Assembly (NCBI GenBank): GCA_951406725.2
Contig: OX597819.1
Location: forward strand, 111,104,001 to 111,168,000
Direction: 5' to 3'
DNA: 64,000 bases
Origin: Octopus vulgaris
Lineage: Eukaryota
The notes under the pieces were generated by a model, which did not search any database, was not told where the DNA came from, and worked only from the letters and a program-made list of their open reading frames with translations. Of this stretch, positions 15,003 through 28,912 are shown piece by piece. Numbering within the stretch: the stretch's first letter is position 1; each line of letters opens with the position of its first letter. The translations under genes were made by a program, and so were the position numbers.

Positions 15003-15711
15003 TATATATAGTGAATTCAAACATATATAAACCTGTATATGTATGTGTGTGTGTGCATGCGTATATGTGTGTGAGCGTGTGTGTATACAAAAGATTCTTC
15101 ACAGTTTACGCTGACCAAATTCACTCACAAGGCATTGAATGTCCGGAGTTATAGCAGAGGATACTCACCCAAGGTCCTGTGCGTAGCGGCTGAACTCGAA
15201 ACCACGAGGCTGCCAAGCAAGTTTCTTAACGACACAGCCATGCCTGCACCTATGTGTGCAGGTTTCTTTCAATTTTTCATCTACCATATCCATCCATAAA
15301 GGCTTTGGCAAACTCGGGGCGATAGTAGAAGGCACTACTCCAAGGTGCCACGCAGTGGAACTGAACCGAGAGACATGTGGTTTGGAAGGAAACTTATATA
15401 GCCACACCTGCTCTTGTGTTATAGATGTGTATATATATGTTTCTGAAGTGTGTCTCTCCTCTATCCCACCCCCTATATACATATATAGATACCGGGATGC
15501 ATTCACCTTGGACAAGCGTCTTCTACTATAGCCTCGGGCCTACTAGAACCTTGTGAGTGGATTTGGTCGTCGGAAACTGAAAGAATCCTGTCGTATATAT
15601 ATCCAAATTATTTCTATACAAATTATGAATATGTGAAGTGCTAATAGTTACTAACAACAGTGAACCCACAAATTCTTTATTTAAAATGAAATAAAATTTA
15701 TTTTCAATAAG

Positions 15712-16107
15712 TAGGAGTGGCTGTGTGGTAAGTAGTTTGCTTACCAACCACATGGTTCCGGGTTCAGTCCCACTGCGTGGTACCTTGGGCAAGTGTCTTC
15801 TAACATAGCCTCGGGCCGACCAAAATCTTGTGAGTGGATTTGGTAGACAGAAACTGAAAGAAGCCCGTCGTATATATGTATATATATGTGTTCGTGTGTT
15901 TGTGTGTCTGTGTTTGTCCTCCCAACATCGCTTGACAACCGATGCTAGTGTGTTTACGTCCCCGTAACCCAGCGGTTCGGCAAAAGTGACAGATAGAATA
16001 AGTACTAGGCTTACAAAGAAGTGCTGGGGTCGATTTGCTCGACTAAAGGCGGTGCTCCATCATGGCCACAGTCACATGACTGAGTCAAGTAAAAGAGTAT
16101 AAGAGTA
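15712..16107 (+). mobile_element. tRNA-derived SINE family A (internal microsatellite), full-length representative
   Basis: A box TGGCTGTGTGG, B box GGTTCAGTCC, CORE-like ccttgggcaagtgtctt, internal (TA)/(TG) tract and (gagtaaaa)n tail. Other copies: 5506-6005 +, 13140-13348 -, 14665-14800 +, 15085-15252 -, 15258-15412 -, 15500-15600 +, 16395-16620 +, 18308-18460 +, 24870-25045 +, 28921-29255 +, 41040-41350 +, 48262-48563 -, 52368-52518 -, 62120-62160 +. Confidence 0.92.
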
Positions 16108-16483
16108 AACGAGTAAGTCTAAAGCATCCGCATCGTACACAAAAATCCGGATATTGTTATCAAGATAAATAGTAATTTCTAATTGAGGCGAAAGACCGGT
16201 TGAGGGGCAAAGTTCACCAAGGCAGAATCTGAAATCAGAATGCGAAGAACCAGAAAAAATACAGATTCTTCTCGAGCCAATGTCTTCCGTGTGTGCGTGT
16301 GTATCCATATATAGATATGTACATATACATGTTTGTGTATATGCATGTGCCTCTCTCCTCCCCCCATATACATATATAGATATCTGTATGTGTGTCACCT
16401 CGGCAAGCGTCTTCTACTATAGTTTCGGGTCGACAAAAGCCTAGTGAGTGGAATTGGTAGATGGAAACTGAAAGAAGCCTGTC

Positions 16484-16550
<67 letters not shown>

Positions 16551-16909
16551 TGTGTGTGTGTGTGTGTGTTTATTTGAGCCTGTCCCCCACGATCGTTTTA
16601 TAACCAGTGCTGGTGTATATGAATTTAGATGAACTAACATTTGCTTTATATAAGCGTCGAAATGTGTATTGTACGATATAATAAATAAGATGATAATTTT
16701 CTTTCTCGACCGCAGAAACGCCGTTAGAACAGCACAAATATTGGTTTAATTACTCTTGCAAAGCGTAGAAATTTTTCAACAAACAGCCATGGGACTCGAA
16801 CGAACAGCACTCACTGTCTTCCGCTGAGTGCTTTAACCATAAAGCTAAACTGGCCGCTGACAAACTTATGTTCAAATTTAGACGCTATAAAGCTAAATGC
16901 ACAACTACG

Positions 16910-16989
<80 letters not shown>

Positions 16990-17138
16990 TGTGTGTGTGT
17001 ATGTGTGTGTGTGTGCGTGTGCGCGTGCGCGTGTGCGCGCGCGCGTGCATGTATGTATGTATATATATATTTTATTAAATTGATATCAATCCAACCAGTG
17101 GCCCGAAGATTCAAAAAATGATATTGCATACATATAAC

Positions 17139-17466
17139 AGGAATGATCACTAGGTGGATTCCTAATATGCTAAAGGTAGATCCATATAGTCTGACCACGA
17201 AGAAAAATTGTTCTTTGAGGAATTCCGGCAAACGCCAGAACGTAAAGCGAGCAAGACAAATGAAAAGATAGAAAACATAGTGATTAGCCACATACCTAGG
17301 TTTCATTGTTACCATTTACATTACGTAAATGTCTGGAAATCTGCAGTGTGACCGTCATGGAAAATATAATTCACAGAAATTCCTTGAAAACACCATTTTA
17401 ATGATGGTTCACCCTATCGAAGGCTTTAACATATTAGGAATCTACCGAGTGGTCCCCACCCTTATA

Positions 17467-17519
<53 letters not shown>

Positions 17520-17623
17520 GAAAATATAATTCGCAGAAATTCCTTAAGAACAATTTTTCTTAGTAGTCAGACTATATGGGGTCAACCTTTAACATATTAG
17601 GAATCCACCTAGTGGTCATTCCT
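17139..17623 (-). mobile_element. Penelope-like terminal fragment with inverted arms and a degenerate hammerhead
   Basis: 17139-17224 is an imperfect inverted copy of 17538-17623, with a third more diverged copy at about 17360-17467. The minus strand at 17289-17350 reads caca-CTGcAGA-...catttac gtaat gtaaatg...-GAAA-c-ctag-GTA-tgtg (palindromic ACCTAGGT). Confidence 0.65.
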
Positions 17624-17879
17624 CTTATATGTATATATATAGCTACATTCAGTTAGAGGTTAAAATGGCCTCATTAAGGGATAGTAATATCCAATAAATT
17701 ACTGGTTCTTAACCTAATATTTTTTGTGAATAATAATATTCATAGAATAATAGATCTAAATATAAATCTTAGTTTATAAATATTCAAAAATCCAACATTT
17801 TTGCAGATAATAAATTATATTAATGCTATATCTCCATTTTCTTAATTTTCCTCACATATATATATATATATATATATAT

Positions 17880-18060
17880 AAAGTATATCCAAAAAAGGAA
17901 GAACAAACGCACACAAAGACAACAACGAGGGGGTGGTACATGGAAAGTATTAGCACATGCTCAGGGAATGAAAGAAAGATGGTTTAACGTTTCGAGCAAC
18001 GCTCTTTTTCAGAAACAGAGGAAAATTCAATAGAAAGGAAGACGGAGGAAGAAAAGAAAT
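17880..18060 (-). mobile_element. Short hammerhead-bearing repeat, copy 3
   Basis: Minus strand 17982-18016 reads gttt-CTGAAaA-a-gagc(gtt)gctc-GAAAC-GTT-aaac. Stems I and II are intact, with one core G>A change. Confidence 0.6.
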
Positions 18061-18460
18061 AAATCTGTTTTTATTTTTATAAGATTAAAGCTTATAAAAA
18101 AAATACCATTATCATCATTTACAGAAATGTAAAACTCGACACTGCTTAACAAAACTATTCGCACCGAAAGTATATATATATATAATCACCCCACATTACT
18201 GTATGGTTAACACCATATAGTTTTTCTGGTGCATCTAAGTTAAGTACCACATTCAAGTAAATTCATTGGAATTTACTTGAATCTTAATTGCTTTTATATA
18301 TATATATAACCTAGCGGTTCAGCAAAAGAGACCGATACAATAAATCTCGGGCTTTACAAAAATATAAGTACTAGGGTCGATTCGTTTGACTAAAATTATT
18401 CGGGGAAGTGCCCCAGCATGGCCGCAGTCTAATGACAAAAACAACTAAAAGATAAAAGAT

Positions 18461-18658
18461 CTGGAGTGGCTGTGTAGTAAGAAGTCTGCTTCACAACCAC
18501 ATAGTTCCAGGTTCAGTCTCACTGCGTGGCACCTTGGGCAAATATCTTCTACTGTAGCCTCGAGCCGACCAAAGCCTCATGAGTGGATTTGGTAGACGGA
18601 AACTGAAAGAAGCCCGGCGTATATACACACACATATATATATATATATACATTTGCAT

Positions 18659-18693
<35 letters not shown>

Positions 18694-18930
18694 CATATAT
18701 ATATATATGCATTTATAAATTTATATGCGTGTGTTTGCCCCTCATCATCGCTTGACAACCGATGTTGGCGTGTTTACGTCCCCGTAACTTAGCAGTACTG
18801 CAGAAGAGACCTATAGAAATTAGCACCAGGCTTACAAAAAAATAAGTCCAGGGGTCGATTTCTTCGACTAAAAAGCGGTGCTCCAACATGGCCACAGTCA
18901 AATAACTGAAACAAATACGAGAATAAAAGA
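18461..18930 (+). mobile_element. SINE family A, full length
   Basis: Colinear with 15712-16107. Confidence 0.9.
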
Positions 18931-19389
18931 AAAGAATATATTTATACATGTGCACATGCGTTGCATGTAGTACATCGAGGTAGTCAGTTAGCAATGGTTA
19001 AGAGGCTCTGTTATTCTGTTTCACAGTTATGATGTCTCGGTTTCTGTCGATTTTTCTTGGCTATTCATCAATTAACTAATTAATTCCAATCCCATTACAC
19101 AAAGTTCATCTTAAAACAGCTATTTAACAACAAGGTTATCGTTGATATAGAAGCTAAATTTTATGAAACTATACAACTGCTGAAATTGGACACCTCTAAA
19201 TTTCACAATTGCTCTCTCTCTCTGCTCTAACAAGGATGTTTACTCGTCACCGAGTCAAACTCTCCCGCATCAAGCTACGAACTTAGTCTTAAAGATTTTA
19301 GCTACAAATATATCATCTTGAAAAGTTTACACAACTTTTCTTGCCTAATTATTTAACTATCTATGGAGAGTTTTTCACTGTACCAAATT

Positions 19390-20660
19390 GCGATCCAAGG
19401 ATCACATATATCTCTGTCATCGATAAGGAACCATGCGAGGACCTAACATTCTGACATACAAAGAACAATGCCGCGTTGTTTGAAATGGTAACTGATGTCA
19501 CAGCTACTTGGTGGAAAATAACAATACCGCTCTGAGAAACATATGCAACTATAGAAAAGTTTCTACTATAATTAAGCGCCATTAAAACATAAGAAATGAC
19601 AACCTTTTGTTCTGCTTCCATCTCATTAAGATCGATCAAATCTAAAGATTAGGGCACCGCGTTGAGCATAGAAAGACATTTGTTTAACATGTGGCTCCTA
19701 TTGAATATCTTCGAACTAATATTTCATAGATCCACCCATCCACATCAACCGATATATTGATGAGAGTAGCAGCTTCGAATATCTTAAACGGTATCACACT
19801 TAAAAATAATAGAAGGTTGCTTTTAGACTTAGTATCCTTGTAGTTCTCCCTGTCACTAAATTATTGGGCGACTTTGACGTTTAGTGTAACCACTGGTGCA
19901 TCGAAATTACTCTTTCAGCAGTCCAACGGCTTCTTCCTTTGTTTAACACATGCTGCTTTCATTTTGATGGTGACACTACAAACATTAATACCACTCATCT
20001 GGGAAGGTTACCGCTGCGCACACAAATATTCAGAGAAAGCCCCATTCGAGTGATTCGTTTTCGACCACTTCAGCCTTTGGTTCACAGACATGATTTTTAG
20101 TCTTCTCTGTTTTTTCTGTCGCTACTATAATGACCTCTGTTACACGGAGCAGGATGGTTTCCTACCTCCATCACACAAGCATCCCCAGCACATTTGTCTT
20201 TCCATTTCCCTTCTGTATTTGGCCCCCACAGCATCGGCTTCCTAGAATCCCCTCCTAGCTCTTATGTTTCATCTGTGTAGCCGTTTAAACGGAACACTAA
20301 TGATCACTAAGAGGCACATATAATCCTCCGGCGCAGAGGCCTGCTATCACCCCCCTCTCTTTCCCTCTCTCGCTCTTTCCCTATTTTCTCTCTTCCCGTC
20401 TTCTCTCTTTCTCTCTGTCTTTTCTATCGTTATTGTAATGGTCTTGGTTCCTCGGAGCTGCCTGTTTTTGTGCCTCCACCATCCAGGAACCCCTGACGCA
20501 CACATCTCTTCATCTCTCGTCATCCTTCCCGCGTCCAATACTTCCTCTCTTCAGGCACCACACTCACCAGTATTTCCGGTCCTTATTCATCTTACATAGC
20601 CCTCTGGAATCTTCTCCCTGCTCTAGTCTTTCCTGTAGGCGTGTAAACAGAACAATAACG
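19390..20660 (+). mobile_element. Decayed CR1-group (Crack/Daphne-like) LINE, 3' region
   Basis: Residual peptides QRKA, LQPLVHRHD, RYYNDLC and LWNLLPALVFP match the C-terminus of CR1/L2-group ORF2. The 5' limit is uncertain. Confidence 0.6.
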
Positions 20661-20863
20661 ATTTCAAGCTCACCAAGTTTCAGGCGGGCCGCAAAATACA
20701 TGAGCATTGCTTGCTTCTTCGAACTCAGTAACAAGACGCTTTGGTCGGTTCGAGGTTAAAGTACAAAACACTTTTCCACACTGTCACTCAATGTAACTGA
20801 ACACTAAACCATGTGATTGAAAAGCAAACTTCTTACCACACAGCCATGCCCGTGCCTAATATC

Positions 20864-21069
20864 TCTTACTCTTTTACTGGTTTCAGACATGTGACTGCGG
20901 CCATGCTGGAACACTGCCTTTAGTCGAGCAAATCGACCCCAGGACTTATTATTTGTAAGCCTAGTACTTATTCTATCGGTCACTTTTGCCGAACCGCTAA
21001 GTTACTGGGACCTAAACACACCAGCATCGTTTGTCAAGCGATGTTGGAGGGAGGACAAACACACACACA

Positions 21070-21114
<45 letters not shown>

Positions 21115-21278
21115 ACAAATACACACACACATATATACATATATACGACGGGCTTCTTTCAGTCTCCACCTACCAAATCCACTCACAAGGCTTTGGTCAA
21201 GTTGCCACGCAGTGGGACTGAACCGGAACCATGTGGTTGGTAAGCAAGCTACTTACCACACAGCTATTCCAACGCCTA
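20864..21278 (-). mobile_element. SINE family A, small internal deletion
   Basis: Reverse complement of family A. Confidence 0.9.
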
Positions 21279-22369
21279 TTGTTGATATTTATTTAATGCA
21301 AGGTCAACCGTAACAGACAACATCTATGATCGAAGATGTTCCAATCAGAATCTTTCCAATTAAGGCCCTGTTCCCACTTTTTAATAGGGCATTGTGAATA
21401 TACATAGTTACACAACCCAGTGTGTATTACCTTTTGTAAAAGCGAAGGGTGTGATTTCTGGCGGAAATGGGCTGCTATTTCTAGTGGGTTAGTGCCAGCG
21501 TGGGCGTTCCCTCTGTCTCTCTTCAAGCATGTATCGTGACGTGTATGGTGTGTGTTCGCGTGCATGTGTCATTGTGTGTGTGCATGTGCACATACGTGTG
21601 CATTGTTGCGCATGCGTACTTATGCATGTTGTATTTGTGTGCATTCTACGTGAGTGTTTGTTAGTGTATGTATATGAGTGTGTATGCATGTGTGTACGTA
21701 CGTATTCTGTGTGGGAATATATGGATATCTGTCTATGTGTGTGGAGTTGTGTGTGTATTCTGTTGTAGATGTTCTGGGTTTCTATATGTGTGAGTAAATG
21801 TGTTGAGTGAGTATATCAATGTCCGTGTGGATGTACGTTTGTGAGCAGGTATGACGTAGATGTGCGTATATGTGTCTGCGTGTGTATGCGTATGTGTGTG
21901 TGTGTGTATGTGTGTCATTGAGTGTGAGTGTGTTTGAGAGTGTAGGAGTGTGTGCGCATGTATACAGGCAGCTTTTCGTCAGAGCCAATCTTATGTTAAG
22001 CGTATTTCGATACTGGTATATCGATCATACAGGGACATCTTGCAAGGACAGAAGAGAGATTCTCTTCACACAAGCATCTGCACACTTACACATACTTATA
22101 CTCACACACACACACACAAACACACACATGCACTCACACACACATACACACAAACAAACATATATATATATATATATATGTATACACACATAGAAAAACA
22201 AATATTTATGCAAATATACAAGTACATAAATATATGTGCGCGCACATACATATATATACATATACAAATGAATGTGAGTGTTTGACTGTATCTATGTGTG
22301 AGTTCTTGGCTTACACAAAAGTATCTATTCGCACACACACACACATACACACACACACACACATACACA

Positions 22370-22417
<48 letters not shown>

Positions 22418-22538
22418 TATATATATATATGCATTCATGTATTTGTGTGCATATACAGAGATACACTTACACACGCACACACATACTTATATATGCGTAC
22501 GTATGTAGAAGACTGAATGTGTGTGCCTGCACGTGTAT

Positions 22539-22581
<43 letters not shown>

Positions 22582-23039
22582 TGCGTGCGTGCGTATGTAT
22601 GTGTACACGCTAATGAAAATCGATGCGAAAACATCAAACAAATCTACTTGTGAGTTTCATGTCTTGATATTCAATGAGATATCGTATCATGTATTATTGC
22701 ATCAGATGCAAAGGATCTAAGACATGACTGATATCTTTTATGTCGTATTGGTTGGATGTCTTATTGTTAACGAAGAAGACTTTTGAGAGGAGGCACATTT
22801 TGACATACAAATACATACACTCGCTTGTACATGCGCATATAGAAAGAAACACGCCCACATAGATACAAACACTACACCATATATTTTCTTACAATCTGTT
22901 TATCATTGTATGATATATATATATATACATATATGTATATGTATATATGAGTACGTGTGTGTGAAGAGAGAGAAAGTGAAGCAGAGATAGGTTGATAGAT
23001 ACATTTATGTATGCATATATACATACGTTTGTGTGTGTA

Positions 23040-23103
<64 letters not shown>

Positions 23104-23122
23104 AGTTTATATAAGCATACAC

Positions 23123-23204
<82 letters not shown>

Positions 23205-23299
23205 CTATCTACCTATCTCTCTATTTATCTTTTTATCTATCTATTTACCTATCGATTTACCTATCCATTTCACTCTATATATCTATCTATCCATCCATC

Positions 23300-23382
<83 letters not shown>

Positions 23383-23632
23383 CAACTAACTATCTATCTA
23401 TATATATATATCAATCTATCTATCTATCTTTTTATTTATATGTCTATCTATCTACATGTACATATACACAGAGATAGATGGACAATATATGCGTTCATAA
23501 AAATATTTATATAACCTTACATATTAGCAGGCTTATATTATTTACGTACTCATTTGTGTATTTCTATGTACTCTGCTAAACATAAGCACATACATATACA
23601 TATATTTACAGACACAGGTTCTTTATATGTAA

Positions 23633-23692
<60 letters not shown>

Positions 23693-23984
23693 AGAGAGAG
23701 AGAGAGAAATGTACACAGACGAGCGCTGTAGTTGATCGGATCAACAGAACTGTCTGCTCGTAAAATTAACGTGTGAGTGTCTGAGTACTCCAAAGACAGA
23801 TAGATAAATGTTCACTTACATGCATACATACATACATTCATGCATGCATGCATGCAAGCAAATATACATATACGTAACTTACATGCATACATACATGCAT
23901 GTATGCACACATACATACCTATATACAGACAGACAGATATGTGTGTGTGTGTCTATTTATATATGTATGTAGATAGATTGATAA

Positions 23985-24035
<51 letters not shown>

Positions 24036-24252
24036 GATAGATAGATAGATAGTTAGATAGATAGATTGATAGATAGATCGACATACAGATAGACAGACTG
24101 AGAGACAAGCAGGCAGATAGACAGAAGATAGACAGACCAATGGACAGATAGACAAACCAAGAGACAGGCTGACAGGCAGCCAGACGGATAAATAAATTGA
24201 TAGATAGAAAGATATATATATATATATATATATATATAGATAGATAGATAGA

Positions 24253-24284
<32 letters not shown>

Positions 24285-24285
24285 C

Positions 24286-24371
<86 letters not shown>

Positions 24372-24432
24372 TGTGATAGATAAAAACAAACCGTCAGGCA
24401 GAAATAGACAGACAGACACACAGATAGGTAGG

Positions 24433-24546
<114 letters not shown>

Positions 24547-24798
24547 GACATAAAGAGTAACACGAGCTGAAAGACTCTGATTTACCGAGGTTACACATGC
24601 GATTAGCACATAAAATGTCCTAGTAATGGTGATTAAAATCTGAAAGTCACAATCAATGAAAATGCCCCCAATAATATCTGCTAGACCAACTTTAGGAAAA
24701 TTAAAGACAATTTTGTTTGAAGGGGCTTCTGACGTGAAAGAAAACTTATATACATACGTGTGTTTGTGCATCTGTGTGTGATGTGCGTGTTTGTGTGC

Positions 24799-24839
<41 letters not shown>

Positions 24840-25072
24840 TGTGTGTCTGTGTGCGTGTCTGTGCTTGCTTTCCCTCTGTTGCTTTTTTTTTACATCCCTG
24901 AAACTTAACGGTTCGGCGAAAGGGAGGAGAGACTAAGCACTGGACCTGAAGTAAGTACTGGGATCAATTTGTATGACTGATTTTAGAAAGCACTGCTGCT
25001 CCAGCTTGGCCGCAGTTCAATGAATCAAACAAGTAAAAGATTAAACAGTATGTATATATATATATATATATA

Positions 25073-25783
25073 TATTGGGTTGTAAACTAAGTTCCCGCCG
25101 TTTTTTTTTTAATTTGGAATTTATTGGGTTTTTAAATTTTGGAATCTATCTTTTTCGAGAATTCAATTTTTGAATCATTTTGGAATCTATTTTGTTATTT
25201 TTTTCTTGTTTATTTTAGTTAATTTTTGTTTATTTTCAGATCATTAAAATGGAATGTCAAGTTAAGAAAAACATGCATTTCGACACCTCCTTCTTTTTGC
25301 TTTTAACCAAGGTTCTAAGGCCGCAAAAGCTTCTCGCGACATTTGTGCTGTGTATGGAGAGATGCCATAGCTGAAAGAATCGCTCGGGATTGGTATGCCA
25401 AGTTCAAAAATGGAAATTTTGACCTCCAAGACGCACATCGTTCTAGCCGTCCAGTTGAGTTCAATGAAAAGCGATTAAAGCAACTTTAGCACGAAAATTC
25501 TCGTCAAGCGACAAAGGAACTGGCAGAGAAAATGGAATGCTCCTACACTGCTATATAGAAGCATCTTAACTCGATGGGAAAGGTTCAGAAGTATGGAGCA
25601 TGGGTTCCGCGTGCTTTAAGTGACAACAACAAAAAACAACGAGCGACAATCTCCTCTGGTTTGTTTGCTCGCCACCGCTCAACTCATGGACACAAGCAAC
25701 GATTTCTGTACAGAATCGTAACTGGCAACGAAAAATGGTGTCTGTACATCAATATGAAGCAGCGTAAGGAATGGCTTAGCCCC
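25073..25783 (+). mobile_element. Mariner transposon, 5' half (pseudogene)
   Basis: Left TIR tattgggttgtaaactaagttcccgccg. From ATG 25249 it reads MECQVKKN...WYAKFKNGNFDLQDAHRSSRP...GAWVPRAL...RIVTGNEKW, matching the WVPHEL and TGDEKW motifs, with stops and frameshifts. Confidence 0.92.
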
Positions 25784-27758
25784 GGTGTTTGTGTATGTGT
25801 GTGTGTGTATCGCGTGATCCCCTGATCGATCAGACTACGAGATGTTGTTATACATCACTATTCACTATGCACTTTAGATTGATTTAGCTGGCTATTTGAG
25901 CAGGCCAACATTCCTCCTGGGCAGATAACTTGTCCGCCACAGTGTTGCCCATTTGCGACTGAATTGACTGGAATAATGTGAAATGAAATGCTTTGCTCAA
26001 GAACGCAATGAGCAACCGTTCTGAGAATCGAAACCACGATCTTATGACCATGAGTGCATCACACTTAACCACTAATCCACGCGCCTTTACACACGCGCAC
26101 ACCCACCCACACACACATAGATACCATACACATACATATACATATATATATACATATACATATATATATACATATATACGCTTAAAAATACTTACATAAA
26201 TACATACATACACATATATATGCATACATACATACATATGTATATATACATATACAAACGCAAATTTCACACACGTATTCACTTAGATATGTAAAAGGTC
26301 GAATCAAATTATCCATAATCTCGTACATATTGCTTTTTTGATCGTGGATCATTCATTTCGAGTTTTTACATGTGTAAGTGAATACGTATGCAAATTTTAT
26401 CGTGATTTAAAACTGTTGGACGTAATTTTCATTTAGGTCACAGAAATGCTATTGGTATTGAATACACATTTATAGATGATGCCTTCAGCTATGTAGCTCC
26501 TATTGACTAGATTGTTGAAAGAGCTGTGTCTCTTAGTAGATTTGATAGCGTTTGTGGTGTATGGGTAAAATTACATTCTACTCAAATTCAACGATAGTGT
26601 AATAATAAAATTTCTTAGATTTTAGTTAAGCAGTTTTTAAATGCAAGAAGTCAATATGAGCGATTTATAACCCGCTTTATTAGTTTGTTCTTAAGCTATG
26701 GGATCCAAGTTCGTTTCGAAACTGCGTATCAGTGAGCATGCCTCAGTTCAGACTAAATATTTGAATTAAACCTTGTGATACGAAAACTATGCTCTTTGTG
26801 TCTGTAGATGAAAGAGCTAGCCTAGTAATACATAATGTCATGGTTGGAAATACCTTGTGTATAAGCCGCTTTACAACATAGTGAGTATCTGGTACCATTG
26901 ATCGAACGAATGAAATACTCATTTGTCGAAAATGACGCGAGATCCATTGATTTATTATGGAGTTCACCAAAGTTTGTTATGTAACGATTATAACCACGCG
27001 ATCTTGTTTTGGGAGTTGAATTTCAATGTTTATATATATTCAGTTCTAATTTTCTTTCTATCTTCTATTATAAGTAAAATTCTGTTTTCAGCGTACTTTA
27101 TTGCTTATTTCTTTATATAACTATATACTGCAGTGTCTTCTTTCTATATTTTTCAGGAAGAATGGCTCCGTTTAAATAAAGTAAAAGTTTACTAGTTTCG
27201 CTTGAAGCTGTTAGTCTATGAAACAGACCTGAAATGACGATCTTTAGTTAACGTTCACTACACAATGTCAGCAATAAAACTGAGAAAAAAACCCAACAAA
27301 GTCAACAGTTATGAAAAAAAATGTGGCTCTATGAAGAAAATAATTCTCAATTCAAGCGATGAGAGAAAATTGACTACTGTAACTCCTTGTGACAGAAGTC
27401 ACTCCATCGCAAACTTATTTTTGATTTCCTCTAAGAACAATGCACAAAATACTTTAAAACAGACTTTTAGAAAGCCCACGCCACCGTATCTTCAGAGTTT
27501 TGTTGTGCAAATTTTGCCCCAAGATGTAGCCATTTTGAAAAGTAAATAGTGATTAGAATATATGTTTTTGAATTGTAACATTGAAGAGACTTCAGTTTTT
27601 TTATATTTTCCGGAAATAAGTGAGATATTTTGCTTGTGATGTCGACTGCTTCCTTTTTTATTCATCTACTATGATGTTCGATTGAGAATTCTCTGCCTGA
27701 ATGTGTAATAAAGATTATAATAAGTATAATAAAGATTTTTACAACAAGCATATTCTTA

Positions 27759-28187
27759 TTTCTTTACTGCCCACAAAGGGCTACACACAGAGGGGACAAA
27801 CAAGGACAGATAAACGGATTAAGTCGATTAAACCGACCCCAATGTGTAACTGGTACTTATTTAATCGACTCCCTAAAGGATGAAAGGTAAAGTTGACCTC
27901 GGCGGAATTTGAACTCAGAAAGTAACGGCAGACGAAATACCTATTTCTTTAATCCCCACAAGGGGCTAAACACAGAGAGGACAAACAAGGACAGACAGAC
28001 GGATTAAGTCGATTATATCGACCCCAGTGCGTAACTGGTACTTATTTCATCGACCCCGAAAGGATGAAAGGCAAAGTCGACCTCGGCGGAATTTGAACTC
28101 AGAACGTAACGGCAGACGAAATACGGCTACGCATATCGCCCGGCGTGCTAACGTTTCTGCCAGCTCGCAGTCTAGCGCGCCGCCTAG
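27759..28187 (-). mobile_element. Dimeric SINE family B with 17-bp TSD
   Basis: Two tandem units flanked by caacaagcatattctta at 27742-27758 and 28188-28204. Confidence 0.9.
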
Positions 28188-28765
28188 CAACAAGCATATT
28201 CTTACACAGTAACGCCTTCAATCTGGACAAAAAAAGACGTTGAAAACCCTCTTCTTCTGTAAAAGTTATACAGAATTCATACAGATTTTCTAAGAAAATC
28301 AAAATTTGATATTATTAGGGGTGGGGACATGCTCCAAACGTAAACAAGGTAAGAAAATCTCTAAAGATAGATTAAATTTAAGATCTTACAGAATTGAAGA
28401 TCATATAGAGTATAAAGATGTTACCAATTTAATATTTTACAGAGAGTTAAGATCTTACAGAAAGCAAAAACATGCAATCTGCTTTTATTACATCTGTAAT
28501 GACATTTTTTTTTAGTTTGTATTAAAGCAAAATAAAACGCAATAAAAAGTAAAACAGAAGTAAAATATACGATAATTATGCAAGGAGTTGAGTATTTCTG
28601 ATAAATAACAACTATGCTTGGTGTTAAATAAATATACAATAAAACCCTTGAAGGATCTGTGCGTGGCACCTGGTTTATATTTACAACAAAAATAAATATT
28701 CCTTTCAAACATCAAAACGTTTGGTAGGTATTCCGTTTATTAATCGGTCATACACAGATACATAC

Positions 28766-28912
<147 letters not shown>

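Noticed and set aside
26290-27700. Long non-microsatellite stretch with small ORFs (e.g. 27265-27549)
   Set aside because: No recognisable motif, TIR or splice pattern. Probably a decayed transposon, but unsupported.
27759-28187. Tandem repeats that might suggest a CRISPR-like array
   Set aside because: They are ~190-bp SINE units with no short repeat-spacer periodicity, in a eukaryotic context with no cas genes.
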